From: Octopus sinensis
Lineage: Eukaryota
Direction: 5' to 3'
NCBI RefSeq assembly: GCF_006345805.1
Contig: NC_043012.1
Span: 35,154,001-35,218,000, forward strand
Length of the DNA: 64,000 nucleotides
Made by a program: the position numbers and the translations under genes. The notes beneath the pieces were generated by a model that saw only the letters and a program-made list of their open reading frames with translations, searched no databases and had not been told where the DNA came from. Positions 14,144 to 28,776 of the stretch are shown here, piece by piece. How positions within the stretch are numbered: position 1 is the stretch's first letter; each line of letters begins with the position of its first letter.

Positions 14144-17100
14144 AAACAGGTAAGTCATAAGGTAACAAACAGGTAAGTCATAAGGTAACAAACAGGTAAG
14201 TCATAAGGAAACAAACAGGTAAGTCATGAGGTAACAAACAGGTAAATCATAGGTAACAAACAGGTAAGTCATAAGGTAACGAACAGGTAAGTCATAAGGT
14301 AACAAACAGGTAAGTCATAAGGTAACAAACAGGTAAGTCATAAGGTAACAAACAGGTAAGTCATAAGGAAACAAACAGGTAAGTCATAAGGTAACAAACA
14401 GGTAAGTCATAAGGTAACAAACAGGTAAGTCATATGGTAACGAACAGGTAAGTCATAAGGTAACAAACAGGTAAGTCATAAGGTAACAAACAGGTAAGTC
14501 ATAAGGTAACGAACAGGTAAGTCATAAGGTAACAAACAGGAAAGTCATAAGGTAGCAAACAGGTAAGTCATAAGGTAACAAACAGGTAAGTCATAAGGAA
14601 ACAAACAGGTAAGTCATAAGGTAACAAACAGGTACGTCATAAGGTAACAAACAGGTAAGTCATAAGGTAACAAACAGGTAAGTCATAAGGAAACAAACAG
14701 TGAAGTCATAAGGAAACAAACAGGTAAGTCATAAGGTAACAAACAGGTAAGTCATGAGGAAACAAACAGGTAAGTCATAAGGAAACAAACAGTTAAGTCA
14801 TAAGGAAACAAACAGGTAAGTCATAAGGAAACAAACAGGTAAGTCATAAGGAAACAAACAGTTAAGTCATAAGGAAACAAACAGGTAAGTCATAAGGAAA
14901 CAAACAGTTAAGTCATAAGGAAAAAAGGTAAGTCATAAGGTAACAAACAGTAAGTCATAAGGAAACAAACAGTTAAGTCATAAGGAAACAAACAGTTAAG
15001 TCATAAGGAAACAAACAGGTAAGTAATAAGGAAACAAACAGGTAAGTCATAAGGAAACAAACAGTTAAGTCATAAGGTAACAAACAGGTAAGTCATAAGG
15101 AAACAAACAGTTAAGTCATAAGGAAACAAACAGGTAAGTCATAAGGTAACAAACAGGTAAGTCATAAGGAAACAAACAGTTAAGTCATAAGGAAACAAAC
15201 AGGTAAGTCATAAGGAAACAAACAGGTAAGTCATAAGGAAACAAACGGTTAAATCATAAGGAAACAAACAGGTAAGTCATAAGGAAACAAACAGTTAAGT
15301 CATAAGGAAACAAACAGGTAAGTCATAAGGAAACAAACAGGTAAGTCATAAGGAAACAAACAGTTAAGTCATAAGGTAACAAACAGGTAAGTCATTAGGA
15401 AACAAACAGTTAAGTCATAAGGAAACAAACAGGTAAGTCATAAGGTAACAAACAGGTAAGTCATAAGGAAACAAACAGGTAAGTCATAAGGAAACAAACA
15501 GGTAAGTCATAAGGAAACAAACAGGTAAGTCATAAGGAAACAAACAGGTAAGTCATAAAGTAACAAACAGGTAAGTCATAAGGTTACAAACAGGTAAGTC
15601 ATAAGGTAACGAACAGGTAAGTCATAAGGTAACAAACAGGTAAGTCATAAGGTAACAAACAGGTAAGTCATAAGGTAACAAACAGGTAAGTCATAGGTAA
15701 CAAACAGGTAAGTCATAAGATAACGAACAGGTAAGTCATAAGGAAACAAACAGGTAAGTCATAAGGTAACAAACAGGTAAGTCATAAGGTACGAACAGGT
15801 AAGTCATAAGTAACGAACAGGTAAGTCATAAGGTAACAAACAGGTAAGTCATAAGTAACAAACAGGTAAGTCATAAGGAAACAAACAGGTAAGTCATAAG
15901 GTAACAAACAGGTAAGTCATAAGGTAACAAACAGGTAAGTCATAAGGTAACGAACAGGTAAGTCATAAGGTAACAAACAGGTAAGTCATAAGGTAACAAC
16001 AGGTAAGTCATAAGGTACGAACAGGTAAGTCATAAGGTAACAAACAGGAAAGTCATAAGGTAGCAAACAGGTAAGTCATAAGGTAACAAACAGGTAAGTC
16101 ATAAGAAACAAAACAGGTAAGTCATAGGTAACAAACAGGTACGTCATAAGGTAACAAACAGGTAAGTCATAAGGTAACAAACAGGTAAGTCATAAGGAAA
16201 CAAACAGTGAAGTCATAAGGAAACAAACAGGTAAGTCATAAGGTAACAAACAGGTAAGTCATAAGGAAACAAACAGGTAAGTCATAAGGAAACAAACAGT
16301 TAAGTCATAAGGAAACAAACAGGTAAGTCATAAGGAAACAAACAGTTAAGTCATAAGGAAACAAACAGGTAAGTCATAAGGAAACAAACAGTTAAGTCAT
16401 AAGGAAACAAACAGGTAAGTCATAAGGAAACAAACAGTTAAGTCATAAGGAAAAAACCAGTAAGTCATAAGGAAACAAACAGTTAAGTCATAAGGAAACA
16501 AACAGGTAAGTCATAAGGTAACAAACAGGTAAGTCATAAGGAAACAAACAGTTAAGTCATAAGGAAACAAACAGTTAAGTCATAAGGAAACAAACAGGTA
16601 AGTCATAAGGAAACAAACTGGTAAGTCATAAGGAAACAAACAGTTAAGTCATAAGGAAACAAACAGGTAAGTTATAAGGTAACAAACAGGTAAGTCATAA
16701 GGTAACAAACAGGTAAGTCATAAGGTAACAAACAGGTAAGTCATAAGGAAACAAACAGGTAAGTCATAAGGAAACAAACGGTTAAGTCATAAGGAAACAA
16801 ACAGGTAAGTCATAAGGAAACAAACAGTTAAGTCATAAGGAAACAAACAGGTAAGTCATAAGGAAACAAACAGTTAAGTCATAAGGAAACAAACAGTTAA
16901 GTCATAAGGTAACAAACAGGTAAGTCATTAGGAAACAAACAGTTAAGTCATAAGGAAACAAACAGGTAAGTCATAAGGAAACAAACAGGTAAGTCATAAG
17001 GAAACAAAACAGGTAAGTCATAAGGAAACAAACAGGTAAGTCATAAGGAAACAAACAGGTAAGTCATAAGGAAACAAACAGGTAAGTCATAAAGTAACAA

Positions 17101-17325
17101 ACAGGTAAGTCATAAGGTTACAAACAGGTAAGTCATAAGATAACAAACAGGTAAGTCATAAGGTAACAAACAGGTATGTCATAAGGTAACAAACAGGTAA
17201 GTCATAAGATAACAAACAGGTAAGTCATAAGGTAACGAACAGGTACGTCATAAGGTAACAAACAGGTAAGTCATAAGGTAAGTCATAAGGTAACAAACAG
17301 GTAAGTCATAAGGAAACAAACAGGT
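14144..17325 (+). repeat. 23-bp tandem satellite (aaacaggtaagtcataaggtaac), about 138 units
   Basis: Head-to-tail units with variants ggtaac/ggaaac and caggt/cagtt. No spacers. Confidence 0.98.
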
Positions 17326-17466
17326 TATATATCGTAGAGTTATATATTGGATTGTTACCTAACACTCCATTGAATCTCTAGCGCAAAACCGATTGGTACG
17401 GTCGGCCTTAGTGGATATATAATATTGTACACTTCGGATAATATGTGTGTGCGTGTGTGTGTGTAC

Positions 17467-17508
<42 letters not shown>

Positions 17509-17703
17509 TATTTCTTTATTCACCATAAGGTTGAGAAAAAGAGGAGACAAAACAAACGTTTGGGTCAGGGTATCGAATGAGACGAAACCTATGAATAAAC
17601 AAATAATTAAAATATATACAATTAAATGAGAATGAGTGATTTACAAAAAATGAAGCGGAGGATGTGGTCGACCCCACAAACCACATACTCACACTGAAGA
17701 CTT

Positions 17704-17736
<33 letters not shown>

Positions 17737-17884
17737 TGTGTGTGTGTGTGCGTGTGTGCGTGCGTGTAGAGAATTAAGAAGTTTAAGCATTCAAGTTATA
17801 AGAGTCCGATAGTTGATGCTAAGGGAACGGAATGATTGCGGGGCAATAGTCATAGTTAGTCGTATAATTTGATTTATGGAAATG

Positions 17885-18274
17885 AGTCAGGACAAGATGC
17901 AGCCAAGGTAGAAAGGAGGCTGAGCATGAAAGATATCACCGGAAATCCACGGAGACGGACTTGAAACATCAACTTCTATCAATGGGTGGGCGGGATGTGT
18001 TGGCAGCAAACTCGAGGCAGAAGAGAGATATGAAGACATCGAAGGAATGAAAGACAAAGGTCTCTGGCCGTGGAACTTGGATCTCAAGAAACCCGAACAA
18101 AATAGAAACCTGTTGAAGCGTAGGATCTTATGGTCTGCACCACGGAGACGGAAACTCTCTTGCATCTCTCTTCTGCTCCAAATAGTTTATGAGGAGCTCC
18201 TAACAATCCACGAACTTGCACAGATGGTGAAAAGAAGGCCCACGGTGCCGAGTGTGTGAAGGGAGAGAGAGAGA

Positions 18275-18318
<44 letters not shown>

Positions 18319-19010
18319 CGGTGGTGCACATAGTGATGTGCTGTAAGGAAACTCTTAGCAATGGTAAGTATATATGGTACCATGAGTACTGGTTAACGTC
18401 TTGGGGCAAGAGAGACGGAAGAAATGCCAGACCCATGCGATTCCAAACTCTGTTGTTCAGTTCATCAGTGATGAGAATAAGTTAATCTTTCCTGAAAAAG
18501 ACAAAGAAGAGCCTCCTGTAAGTAACAGTACTATAGAAGATGAGGCTGGGCCAAGGAAAGAAGCTTCACCTTATACAGGTTAAATATTTGTGAGGTTTGA
18601 CATAGCCGTATGGTCTGGTGAGGCGAGTGTTGAACAGACGCTCCCATGGAAAGGTGGATGTGACGAGCTTCACAGAAGAAAGCTGTCAAAATACCAGGAT
18701 CTGGTGCAAGAATGTAAGAAAAGGAATTGGTTATTTCCAGTTGGATCCAGAGGTTTACCGATGCAGTCTTGCGAGAAAGGCTTACGAAAGCAGTTGCTCG
18801 CAGGTTGGAACAAAACCAGAAACTGCATTTTGTTAGTTCCAGAACAAGCCGTACAAAATGAGTTGAAAGGCAGAAAATGAGCAGTGACTCGCCATCACTG
18901 CCTTTGTGCCATCTGGAAGATGTTAGGGCTTAGGATCGAAAACCCCGAGGAAATTTGGATACCAGCTCACTACTTATTTTCCTGGCCGAAAGCTACAGCC
19001 GTGTGTGACT
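17885..19010 (+). mobile_element. Degenerate 3' part of Hero/NeSL-type RLE non-LTR retrotransposon
   Basis: Fragments HIVMCCKETLSNGKYIWYHE (zinc-knuckle region) and DIAVWS..VEQTLPWKGGCDELHRRKLSKYQDLVQEC..FPVGSRG (matches the PDIV..ELTVPW..KY RLE pattern). Interrupted by (GA)n. Confidence 0.75.
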
Positions 19011-19875
19011 AAACCTTCTAGCATTTCTAAAAGATGTATCTAATGGCGTGGGTGAATTTTGAAGGAATGAAAAGAAAGTGTGGGTTTATTTTTTAAAGGT
19101 TAGCATAACGGAAAAGTCAAAAAGGATAACACATATGAATGTAAAGCAGATTGAGATAATTAATTTCACTTACGTAATTGGAACACATAGCAGTAGAAGA
19201 TTAATTACTAGGAATGCTTATGGAAAATTATAAGCATTAAGTGAAATGGAATGAAGGAAGGCTTACAAAGTATTTTCGTATGCTTGTGAACGTATATACG
19301 TAGAGTTTTCAGTTAGCAAGTAAATAGAAAAGCAGAGGTTTAAGGTTAGGGCGAACGGGGGCTTTAAACTTGACTTGTTATTAAAAATATGTAATAGAAA
19401 TGACGAAACGGAGGATTGAAAAAGCTTAAGATACGAAAATAGAAAAATGAAAACTAAGAAGTGAATAATAATGAAAAAGAAATGTCGTTGCGCTTACGTA
19501 AACACAGACACACACACGCATCCACTCACAGACGGACACAGATGTACATGTATACACACATGCATGCAGGTACACACGTATAGACATAATAAATGCATAT
19601 TTATTCATACTCTTTCACAGGCAACACCATATGCAAACATGCATAAATGCTTACACACGTACGCATATACGAACATATATACATAGACACATACAACTAC
19701 ATAAACACTTAAATATATATATATAATGTATGTATATAGAAAGTCATATATAAATAGAAAATGGCTTCAATATAATAAGTTATGCACCAAAATTCGCGCA
19801 GACAAATACATAAATATAGAAGTACATGAACAGACACGTCTTCTAACGAGTATATATGATATGCTGACATATATA

Positions 19876-20038
19876 GGCGCTGGAGTGACTGTGTGGTAAG
19901 AAGCTTGCTTACCAACCACATGGTTCCGGGTTCAGTCCCACTGCGTGATACCTTGGCCAAGTGACTTCTACTATAGCTTTGGGCCGACCAAAGCCTTGCC
20001 AGCGGATTTGGTAGACGGAAACTGAAAGAAGCCTGTCG

Positions 20039-20070
<32 letters not shown>

Positions 20071-20250
20071 CGCGCGCGCGTGTGTATGTTTCTGTGTCTG
20101 TGATTGTCCCTCCACCATCGTTTGAGAACCGATGTTGGTGTGTTTACGCCCCCGTAACTTAGCGGTTCGGCAAAAGCGAATAAGTCCTGGGGTCGACTTG
20201 TTCGACTAAAAGGCCACAGTCAAATGACTGAAACAAACAAAGAATAAAAG
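19876..20250 (+). mobile_element. SINE family A copy
   Basis: Head, internal microsatellite and tail match family A. Confidence 0.85.
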
Positions 20251-20803
20251 AATAATATAAAAAATTATGCACCAAAATTCGCGCTTCCAAATATATAGAG
20301 ACACACGGACAGACACGTCTTGTAATGAGTATATAAGATATACACATACAAATAATGACATATATATACACACACACATAAATATATGTGTGTGTGTGTA
20401 CCTTGACCTTAACAATGTTGCAACGGTTAGGTCGGATGGTGGATTATACCACAAGATGTTTTTTCCTCTGTCTGTTTCCAGTTCTATTGCTTGTGTCAAA
20501 ATTCTAAAAACTTAACAAGAGAGAATCGGCATCAGCACTTTCAGTTTTTGAAAATTGCAGACAATGTAGAAAGAGAAGACGTAATTCAAGAGACATAGAA
20601 GAAAATATAGCCTATGATATTTATGATTCCAGGAAAAGGTCTCTTAACTACTCATGTGCTGTTGGAGATTTCTTTTACTGCTTTGGAACTATGCTCGAAA
20701 CGTCAAAAACCCTGTCCTTCTACTGAGCGTCAAACTAATACATTCCGTGTGCGCGTCCTCTTGTCTGTTGTTGTTAATTCTATTGTTCGTTTATTTGAAT
20801 TGA

Positions 20804-20883
<80 letters not shown>

Positions 20884-21025
20884 GTGTGTGTGCGTGCGTG
20901 TGTGTGTATGTGTGCGTGCCACAGAATATCCCAAAACCAATATCTAAGACTTTTCCAAACCCACTTAGATTACCTATGGAGAAAAACCAAACAACATCAA
21001 AGTAAGCGATCTCCACAAACTGTGT

Positions 21026-21410
21026 GGAAGCACTCCGTCGGCTACGACGATGAGGGTTTCGGTTGATCCGAATCAAAGGAACAGCCTGCTCGTGAAATTA
21101 ACGTGTAAGTGGCTGAGCACTCCACAGACACGTGCACCCTTAACGTAGTTCTCGGGGATATTCAGCGTGACACAGAGAGTGACAAGGCCGGCCCCTTGAA
21201 ATACAGGTACAACAGAAACAGGAAGTAAGAGTGAGAGAAAGTTGTGGTGAAAGAGTACAGCAGGGATCACCACCATCCCCCGCCGGAGCCTCGTGGAGCT
21301 TTTAGGTGTTTTCGCTCAATAAACACTCACAACGCCCGGTCTGGGAATCGAAACCGCGATCCTATGACCGCGAGTCCGCTGCCCTAACCACTGGGCCATT
21401 GCGCCTCCAC
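21026..21410 (-). mobile_element. tRNA-type SINE family C, full length with 13-bp TSD
   Basis: Minus strand gtggaggcgcaatggcccagtgg (A box) ... ggtttcgattccc (B box). Direct repeat ccacaaactgtgt at 21013-21025 and 21411-21423. Degraded relatives at ~42884-43450 and ~44882-45030. Confidence 0.9.
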
Positions 21411-22402
21411 CCACAAACTGTGTATGACTCCATAAACACCACTTCACAAGAATGAAGGAAACCAACCAGGATAACGAAACTAAAATATAAGAAATTAAAA
21501 GGTGAGCACAGCATATGTGCCTAAACGGACATCACTATGGTCTCGACACCTCAACAGCGCCATTCAATCCGGTGGTACCCACAGCGCTAAAAATATATTT
21601 ATATCATACATGGAGTATATGACACACTTCTGCATGATGCACTCTTAATTTATGGGTATATTCTGAGGAAAGGAAAACAAATTTACTGTTTCATCATGTA
21701 CTTATTGAAAAATATTTCAAAACAGTTTTGTGCAGGAATTATATGACACTGTGCATGTAAATACAATGCTGGAATAAAGTAAGAAGCCATAAGTTTAAGG
21801 TCTATAAACTACGTTATACGAGCACTGTATGACAATTATATCTTCTTTCAGACCAACATTATATTTGTTTATATGTTTTTGTTAAGAGAATATTTCTGGC
21901 CTTGATGTTTTATGTAAGCGCGATCAACCAACAGTGTGGTGCGCGACTGCTATGTTTTTGTTGTCATCCACCTATTGCAAAAAGCTGACAGATTAAAGTT
22001 TAATACTCCATTCATTTTCCCAGAATTTTCATTTAGATAATTTTAAAATGCTTCTTAAAGATAACACAGTTATTAAATAATTTAAGACACGTACTAGAAG
22101 TAGGTTATATATACTAACAAAATGTCGCGAATTCTCCACATAACTGCCCATGTATTGTAAGCAATTTTTCATTAAGTTTGTACTAAGCGACTGTAATATT
22201 ATGACTTGTTCTTCATATTTCATTAATAATAACAATTACTGTGCCTTACTATCCTGCTCCCTTATCTACAATACTCGCTTTCCCATTCGCCATACGGCCT
22301 CATTAGACGCAAGGAAATAGTTTGGTACAACTATATAAAAGCGTGTCTTATACGCCGGCAAAAATGGTGTGTGTGTGTGTATGCAGGTGTGTGTGTGTGT
22401 AT

Positions 22403-22471
<69 letters not shown>

Positions 22472-22869
22472 TATGTGTGCGTGCGCGCTCGTTAGTTACA
22501 ATGAACGGAAGGAAGAGTTCTGAGTACCGGATGCAGAGTTTTAATCTTATATGCTCGGTGGACAAGTTTTTAACTTGTCGACCGAGAAATCAGGGAATAT
22601 AATAGTTTCTCTGTTATATTCTCCTCGTAGAGCAGACTAATACGAGTTATTATTTCTCGTTGAAATATCAAGTGACAGCTTTGTTTCTTTGTCAGTTCTG
22701 GGTCAATATGTATATCATTAATGATGTGAATGGTTCCTACATAATATCTGGTTAACGAGTAATTGTCTCTCCTTGCGCAGCGACTGAAGAGGCCTTTGGT
22801 CACGGAATCATCATGCACATGAGTCATACATTCATTGTGGAGTATATTTGCGGCCCAAAGTTGTTTCCA

Positions 22870-23455
22870 AATGTCCTGGTGAAACCACATCCTCAGCATA
22901 TCTAGGAGCAAACGTTGTGTCTTAGTCTCACCGAGGATCTCCTCTGGTGAAACCACATCCTTAGCATCTCTAGGATCACTCGCCAAAGATTAGTCAAAGA
23001 TATTTTAGCCCCTAACAACTACTGACTCTCTGGTAAGGACCACAAAGGCTCACTGGTCCTACATCTGGGACGTTGCTTCTGCTACATCCATTGAAGTCCA
23101 GAATGATCTGTAGACAAGGTCCACTCGGCTGAGTGTCATCCACATCACTCAGACACACTCCAACCTCTGCTTCCCCACCTCTCTTTCTTTCTTTCTTTCT
23201 TTCTTTCTTTCGTTCTTTCTTTCTTTCCTTCTTTCTTTCTTTCTTTCCTTCTCTCTCTCTCTCTTTCTGTATTTTCTGTTACAACTATAATGGCACGTGT
23301 TCCTTTGAACTAGCTGGTCTCACACACAGCCACCCCCTCCGATTTACCCATATTTACACCTGTCAGCATCTCTACAGTGTCCGATGCCCCCTTCTAAGCA
23401 CTAATCTCAGTATTCAGTCCTTCTTCCCCAGAACACGATCTCTCTGGAACTTTCA
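22870..23455 (+). mobile_element. Degenerate CR1/Jockey-type LINE RT C-terminal fragment
   Basis: Residual motifs HIWD..., TLQPL, YNGTCSFEL and SFFPRTRSLWN typical of the ORF2 end. Broken by (CTTT)n. Confidence 0.6.
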
Positions 23456-24168
23456 TCTCTTTTCATCTCTTCTCATCTCATACATACATACATACATACA
23501 TGCATACATACATACAAGGAAGCTTGAATCTAGGTTAGAAACCGGTTCTTTCTCTATTGGCAAGAAATCTTGAAATAAAACTGAACAATGTCATACATGC
23601 ATACATACATACATACATACATACATACATACATACAAACATACATACATACATACATACACACATACATACATACATACATACATACATACAAACATAC
23701 ATACATACATACATACATACATACATACCATAAACTACATACATACATACATGCATACATACATACATACATACATGCATACATCCATCATACATACATA
23801 CATACATACATACATACATACATACATACATACATACATACATACATACATACATACATACATAAACGAGTATAACTAAGATCGTGCAGGTTAAGATAGA
23901 AATTAATTGGCCTCACTTCTACACGTTAAGGTAGTCGAAGACGAAAATATCAAAGCAACGTTCATTCCTTACTTCACAAAACTTATTTATTCTGATGATA
24001 AATCATTCAAGAAAATTAACGATAAATTTACAGCGTAACCAAAATTTCAATACTGCTTAATTAGACTCGGTTGTTTCATAAACCTTTTTACACAGACGAC
24101 TTAGTTTTCCATCGCAGGCATACAAAGGAATCCGGAATCTGCTGTTTGTTCGTTGCATATTAAATCTT

Positions 24169-24550
24169 TGGTAAGTAGCTTGCTAACCAACCACATGCTT
24201 CCGGGTTCAGTCCCACTGCGTGGCACCTTGGGCAAGTGTCTTCTGCTATAGCCTCGGGCCGACCAAAGCTTTGTGAGTGGATTTGGTAGACGGAAACTGA
24301 AAGAAGCCTGTCGTATATATGTATATATATATATATGTGTATGTGTGTGTCTGTGTTTGTCCCTCTAGCATTGCTTGACAACCGATGCTGGTGTGTTTAC
24401 GTCCCTGTCACTTAGCGGTTCGGCAAAAGAGACCGATAGAATAAGTACTGGGCTTACAAAGAATAAGTCCCGGGGTCGATTTGCCCCATTAAAGGCGGTG
24501 CTCCAGCATGGCCGCAGTCAAATGACTGAAACAAGTAAACGAGTAAACGA
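24169..24550 (+). mobile_element. SINE family A copy (5' clipped)
   Basis: Near-identical to 10608-11065. Confidence 0.9.
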
Positions 24551-24718
24551 GTTATTACATTCGTCTATTTTTCACATAATCGTAAACTGTCTTATGTTGT
24601 TAACCGAAAATTACTTAACTGCATATGCAATTAACCGGTCAATTTTACAGATATAATGCTTAAGTGTTCGTTTACGTAATAAACTAGAAATTATGAAGTT
24701 ACGCAATTAATTTAGGAC

Positions 24719-24752
<34 letters not shown>

Positions 24753-25885
24753 AGATAGAGAGAGAGAGAGAGGGAGGGGGGAGAAAAGAGAGAGCGGGAG
24801 AGAAGAGAGAGTGAGTGTGCGCGTGTGTTTCTTACGGTATATGATCAACTGAAGATATATATATAGAGAGAGAGTGGGAGAGAGAGAGGGGAGGGAGAGA
24901 GGGGGGAGATTACCATTCAGACTGTGTCGTCACGATTAACCATTTAACTTGGGACCGTTGGTTCAAGGCATGAACGTCACCACATCGCTGTGTCTCTTGA
25001 ACACGACGTTCTTGAAAGCGTCGATTCCCAGTGACACCACCCCAACCGTCCCCACCACCACCACCACCACCACTCCCACCTTTATCTTTACTACTACTAC
25101 TACTAGTACTACTACTACTTGAAAGCAGTAAACTAAAGTAATGAAGTGTTTTTCTCAGGCTGGTAAACCTGTTGACGAAAATTAGACCAATGAGAAGGGA
25201 GGGAGTGGTACATGTGCTACACACACAGACACACACACACGCACACGCATGCACGCAAGCACGCACACACGCACACACCACAAACTCATACACCCTCACA
25301 CACACATAGCGCACTTATAGATATAACACATGCGCATACATATAACCGCAGCATTGCCAGAAAGCTATCCTGCACACATACGCGGACACCTACATAAATA
25401 CATACACACACATATATATATATACATATATATATTATATATATATATATGCATGTCTGTATACACATATGCGCGCATATATGTATACATAAGCACAGTG
25501 TGACATATATATACACAAACACACTCGCTCGCGCGTATCCACACTGAACTGACAACTGATAACACTCAACGTGTTTCAGGTTGTATACGCACACATAGAA
25601 ACCCAGTCCATATACACATACACATACGTATACATATACATACATATACATATACACACATAAAGATCTTAATTCGCTACCAGTGCGTGCTTGGAGTTCC
25701 TTCTTGGTACATCTGAAATATATGTATATATACATATACACATATATATAATATATATATGCATATATATATACATATATATATATAAACATCTAACTAC
25801 CCCAGGATTGTATATAACAGGTAAGATCTTAAAAAGCAAGCATTTTTCTGTCATCAACATCTTCCTAATTATTATCATTCATTAA

Positions 25886-26490
25886 GACGGTCTGCTGGCA
25901 GAATCGTTAGCACACCGGGCGAAATGCTTAGCAGTATTTCGCCCGTCACTACGTTCTGAGTTCGAATTCCACCGGGGTCGACTCAAACTTTCGTGATCGA
26001 TAAATTAAGTACCAGTTACGTGCTCCGGTTGATCTAATCGACTGCTTCCATTCCCCACAAATTCCAGGCCTTGTGCCTATACTAGAAAGGATTATTATTA
26101 TTATTGACTTTGCCTTTCATCTTTTCAGGGTTGATAAAATAAGTTCTAGTTGAGTCCTGGGGTCGATGGGATCTGTTTACCCCTTCCCACAAATTTCAGA
26201 CCTTGTGTCGATCGTAGAAAGGATTAACATTATAGCTGTTGTTTTTTCTAATGAGCAGGGATATATGGCACATTACTTCGAAAAATGAGTAACTGTTGCT
26301 CATTTTATGGACCCCCATCGTCATCAGATAAGCTATTATTTAGTCCTACTAATTCCGCCAAGGTCGACTTTGCCTTTTATCCATTCGGGGTCGATAAATT
26401 AAGCACCAGTTGCATACTGGAGTCGATTTAATCGAGTGGCCCCCTCCGCCAAAATTTCAGGTTTTGTGCCCAGAATAGAAAAGATTATTT
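25886..26490 (+). mobile_element. Cluster of SINE family B copies and fragments
   Basis: ctggcagaatcgttag head, gagttcgaattcc B box, gcctttcatcc..ggggtcgataaattaagtacc core repeated. Confidence 0.75.
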
Positions 26491-27024
26491 AGTGCTCGTT
26501 CAACAGGACTACAACCACGGGAGTTTCAGTCATGATCCTCCAGAATGTTATTATTACAGCTATATCTGTTGCTATTATCATTGTGATGTCCTCTCATCTA
26601 TGTCTCTGTGGCTACTAAAAGCCCATGATTAGCCTTAGAGGTTCTCATATATCAGGAGGACCAGATCAACTTCATTTCCCTTCCCTTTCTGTTTTCGTAA
26701 CTTATGCATACTATGTATATTTTCTTTCTATGTTTTATTAGATACCAGTGGTTATCAACGGTGGTTCCCAACACTTCTATTTTAATGAGTTTTCTTTTAA
26801 TATGCTTATCCTTATGTGTGTGTGCGTGTGTATTAAGTTGGTGCGGCTTTTTTCCAACAAATCATATTCAACAAAAACAATAACAACATTTAACAAAAAC
26901 AACTTTAAATGATTATTCCGGAGCATATTCATCATCTACTTCAATTTCTGCTTGGCGTTTTGTTTAAATTTTTTGTTGAATAAAATTTATTGAAAAAAAA
27001 CCGCAATAATTATGCACCAACATA

Positions 27025-27082
<58 letters not shown>

Positions 27083-27286
27083 ATATATATATATTATATA
27101 TATATATATATATATATGTGTGTATATATGAATGAAATCATTAATTTAGTTCACAGACCCCTCCCCCAGTACAACCCTTGCGGACCGCTACGGAGGGAAC
27201 CACTGTTCTATACCATGCAGACTTTTCTTCCAGTTGATTTCTTTTTTTATATATCATTTCATGTCATTGAATGTAAATCCCTATAT

Positions 27287-27344
<58 letters not shown>

Positions 27345-27667
27345 CCTGTCGTTCTAAGGTCTCCTTTATCAGTCTCCCTTGTGGCAAAGTAAAGAAATCA
27401 CCACTTGACACTTGCCATGCCTTAGAGGTAGTAGAGTAATCCCGCTCTTTTGCGTGGGGCCCTACCCGCATTACCCAAAATGGACTTCCTTGCTATTGCG
27501 GATTCTACTTATTGATTTATTTATTTATTTCTCTAACCTCTGTTTGTCTATCCCTTGTTATATCCTCTAATATCACACTTTCATCGGTGTAAACTCCACC
27601 CGTTTTCGTGTTTTATCTCGACCTTTCATATTGTCCCCCAAGGAAATCATCATCATCATCATCATCA

Positions 27668-27716
<49 letters not shown>

Positions 27717-28112
27717 GGCGGCGACCTGGCAGAATCGTTTGCACTCCGGGCGAAATGCTTAGCGGCATTTCGTCCGCCGCTGCGTTCTGAGTTCAAATTC
27801 CGCCGAGGTCCACTTTGCCTTTCATCGTTTCGGGGTCGATTAAATAAGTACCAGTTACGCACTAGGGTCGATATAATCGACTTAATCCTTTTGTCTGTCC
27901 TTGTTTGTCCCATCTGTGTTTAGCTCCTTGTGGGTAGTAAAGAAATAGGTATTTCGTCTGCTGCTACGTTCTGAGTTCAAATTCCGCCGAGGTCGACTTT
28001 GCCTTTCATCCTTCGGTGTCGATAAATTAAGTACCAGTTACATTTACGTACTGGGGTCGATATAATAGACTAGTCCCCTTCCTCCAAAATTTCAGGCCTT
28101 TAGTAGAAAGGA
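27717..28112 (+). mobile_element. tRNA-type SINE family B (duplicated internal module)
   Basis: ggcggcgacctggcagaatcg head, B box gagttcaaattcc, two core modules, tail tagaaaggattatt. Confidence 0.85.
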
Positions 28113-28196
28113 TTATTATTGCTGCTCCTATTTTTTTTGTTTCTGCCTGTCTTGCATGTAGGATATCTAAGACAATATGATCTTACGGAATTAAAT

Positions 28197-28264
<68 letters not shown>

Positions 28265-28370
28265 GTGTGTGTGTGTGTGTGTGTGTCTACCCAGAAATAA
28301 TTGCATAAACACACACACACACACACACATATACATATATACATGCATACATACATACATACATACAACA

Positions 28371-28407
<37 letters not shown>

Positions 28408-28776
28408 AATCTGTCTGTATGCGTGAGTGAAGACAGCAGGTGTGGTTAAAAGTAAAATATGGTTCGTATTTCATGCATGTTTAGTGACAATGCTGTTACC
28501 CACTCGCTGGCTCGAGCAGAAAATTGAAAATCAAAGTTGACCCCAAAAAAATTCGAACGTTAACAGACGTTTCTGGCGCAATACATTTCGTCCGTTGCTC
28601 GACCGATTCCACTAATACATGATTTTTGTATTTTTTTCCTTCTCTTTTCCTTCTAGTTTTCCATGTGAGACACAATGGACCTCTTCTGTGTCCATATGAG
28701 ATTTTATTGTTAAAATTCATCTGCAATAAACTGGTTAAACTTCCACAATAGTTTAACGATTATATTTTTAATCTAA

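Noticed and set aside
14144-17325. CRISPR array
   Set aside because: Contiguous 23-bp units with no unique spacers, eukaryotic context, no cas genes.
21340-21410. tRNA gene
   Set aside because: tRNA-like head of a SINE continuing into the SINE body, with a TSD.
22570-22986. 138-aa minus-strand ORF
   Set aside because: Partly antisense to a degenerate LINE relic; no domain or splice support.
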